61,133 nt of DNA from Bacteroides sp. (GTDB taxonomy: Bacteria; Bacteroidota; Bacteroidia; Bacteroidales; SM23-62). Under the pieces are notes generated by a model. The model was not told the DNA's origin, did no database searches, and saw only the letters and a list, made by a program, of their open reading frames with translations. The DNA is taken from the NCBI GenBank assembly GCA_030640625.1, contig DAOWJB010000288.1:1-61133 (forward strand). Reading direction: 5' to 3'. This document shows, piece by piece, positions 60,752 to 61,133 of this stretch (positions are counted from its first letter, which is position 1; each line of letters opens with the position of its first letter). Made by a program: the position numbers and the translations under genes.

Positions 60752-61133
60752 CTAATTATTTTTGAAATACTGCATTTGTATCCTGATCCTGGATTGTCCT
60801 TCAAGTACCTGAAAACTACATTTATCATATGGAGGATGTTTCAACCCGGGTTTTACATTGTTTGAAAATCCATATCCCTCTTTGGGAATTTTGATCAGCT
60901 TAAAATCCATTTGATCATTCCCGTTTATATCATCAAGCATGCTGATTACATATGTCCCGGGTGGAATATCAATCAAAACAACCTCCATTGTCCCATCCCT
61001 GAGCAAGGTCTTTTCGAAATCATAGGTCCTTGAAGGATTTTTCGGAAATTGATCCGGATGGTCATACATGCCCAGCCTTATTATTCCTTCCTCATAATGG
61101 ATGTCGGTTATCTCAACTATCAGGGCCGTTGAT
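60752..61133 (-). CDS. DUF2141 domain-containing protein; the 5' end lies outside the window
   Basis: My translation upstream of the track Met (61069) stays open to the window edge (STALIVEITDIHYEEGIIRLGMYDH...). The GTYVISMLDDINGNDQMDFKLIKIPKEGYGFSNN block is typical of DUF2141. Confidence 0.7.
   Translation of the reverse strand, partial: STALIVEITDIHYEEGIIRLGMYDHPDQFPKNPSRTYDFEKTLLRDGTMEVVLIDIPPGTYVISMLDDINGNDQMDFKLIKIPKEGYGFSNNVKPGLKHPPYDKCSFQVLEGQSRIRIQMQYFKNN

Overview
A largely housekeeping chromosomal segment from a Bacteroidota-type genome. The phylum call rests on a giant SprA (type IX secretion translocon) gene next to ruvA, a fused lpxC-fabZ gene inside an lpxD/lpxC-fabZ/lpxA cluster, TAnnTTTG -7 promoter boxes and no obvious Shine-Dalgarno sequences. 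Genes are tightly packed; I saw no rRNA, tRNA, CRISPR array or recognisable transposase/integrase.

Recognisable genes, in order:
- 5' region: a nitrilase (5' partial), a Tat-exported aldo/keto reductase, an M23 peptidase, dxr (frameshifted in a G9 run), rseP, tatA, gatA, a lipoprotein, pepA, pdxA, maeB, ruvA, sprA and gcvH.
- Minus strand: rimP-nusA-infB.
- Middle: an HD phosphohydrolase, lpxD, lpxC-fabZ, lpxA, thiL, sufBCDS-sufE-sufT-like, queG, yjbQ, a lysophospholipase-like hydrolase and a GSCFA protein.
- 42.3-54.1 kb: eight translationally coupled genes, described below.
- 3' region: a Gfo/Idh/MocA oxidoreductase, a TIM-barrel isomerase, an FtsX-type permease, a GDPD phosphodiesterase, a small winged-helix regulator with a membrane partner, and a DUF2141 protein (5' partial).

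The least ordinary part is the 42.3-54.1 kb run. It encodes a secreted hypothetical protein, a beta-propeller/Y_Y_Y sensor fused to a SpoIIE phosphatase, and a PlpD-like patatin/Omp85 protein. These are followed by an AmmeMemoRadiSam radical-SAM enzyme and its Memo-like partner with no AMMECR1 component, an all-alpha repeat protein, a roughly 826-codon 12-haem c-type cytochrome, and a small lipoprotein. The cytochrome is interrupted by one in-frame TGA; the 189 nt between the two ORF-track calls are open in the same frame.

Other observations:
- a frameshift in the MEP-pathway gene dxr within a homopolymer;
- a 59-codon YjlB-like cupin relic just below the ORF-track cutoff;
- a conserved palindromic repeat in two convergent intergenic regions, with a compensatory stem substitution;
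- a terminator-like hairpin in the rimP-nusA-infB leader;
- several start-codon corrections supported by promoter and terminator placement.

All functional calls come from motif recognition in the supplied translations. No database search was run.
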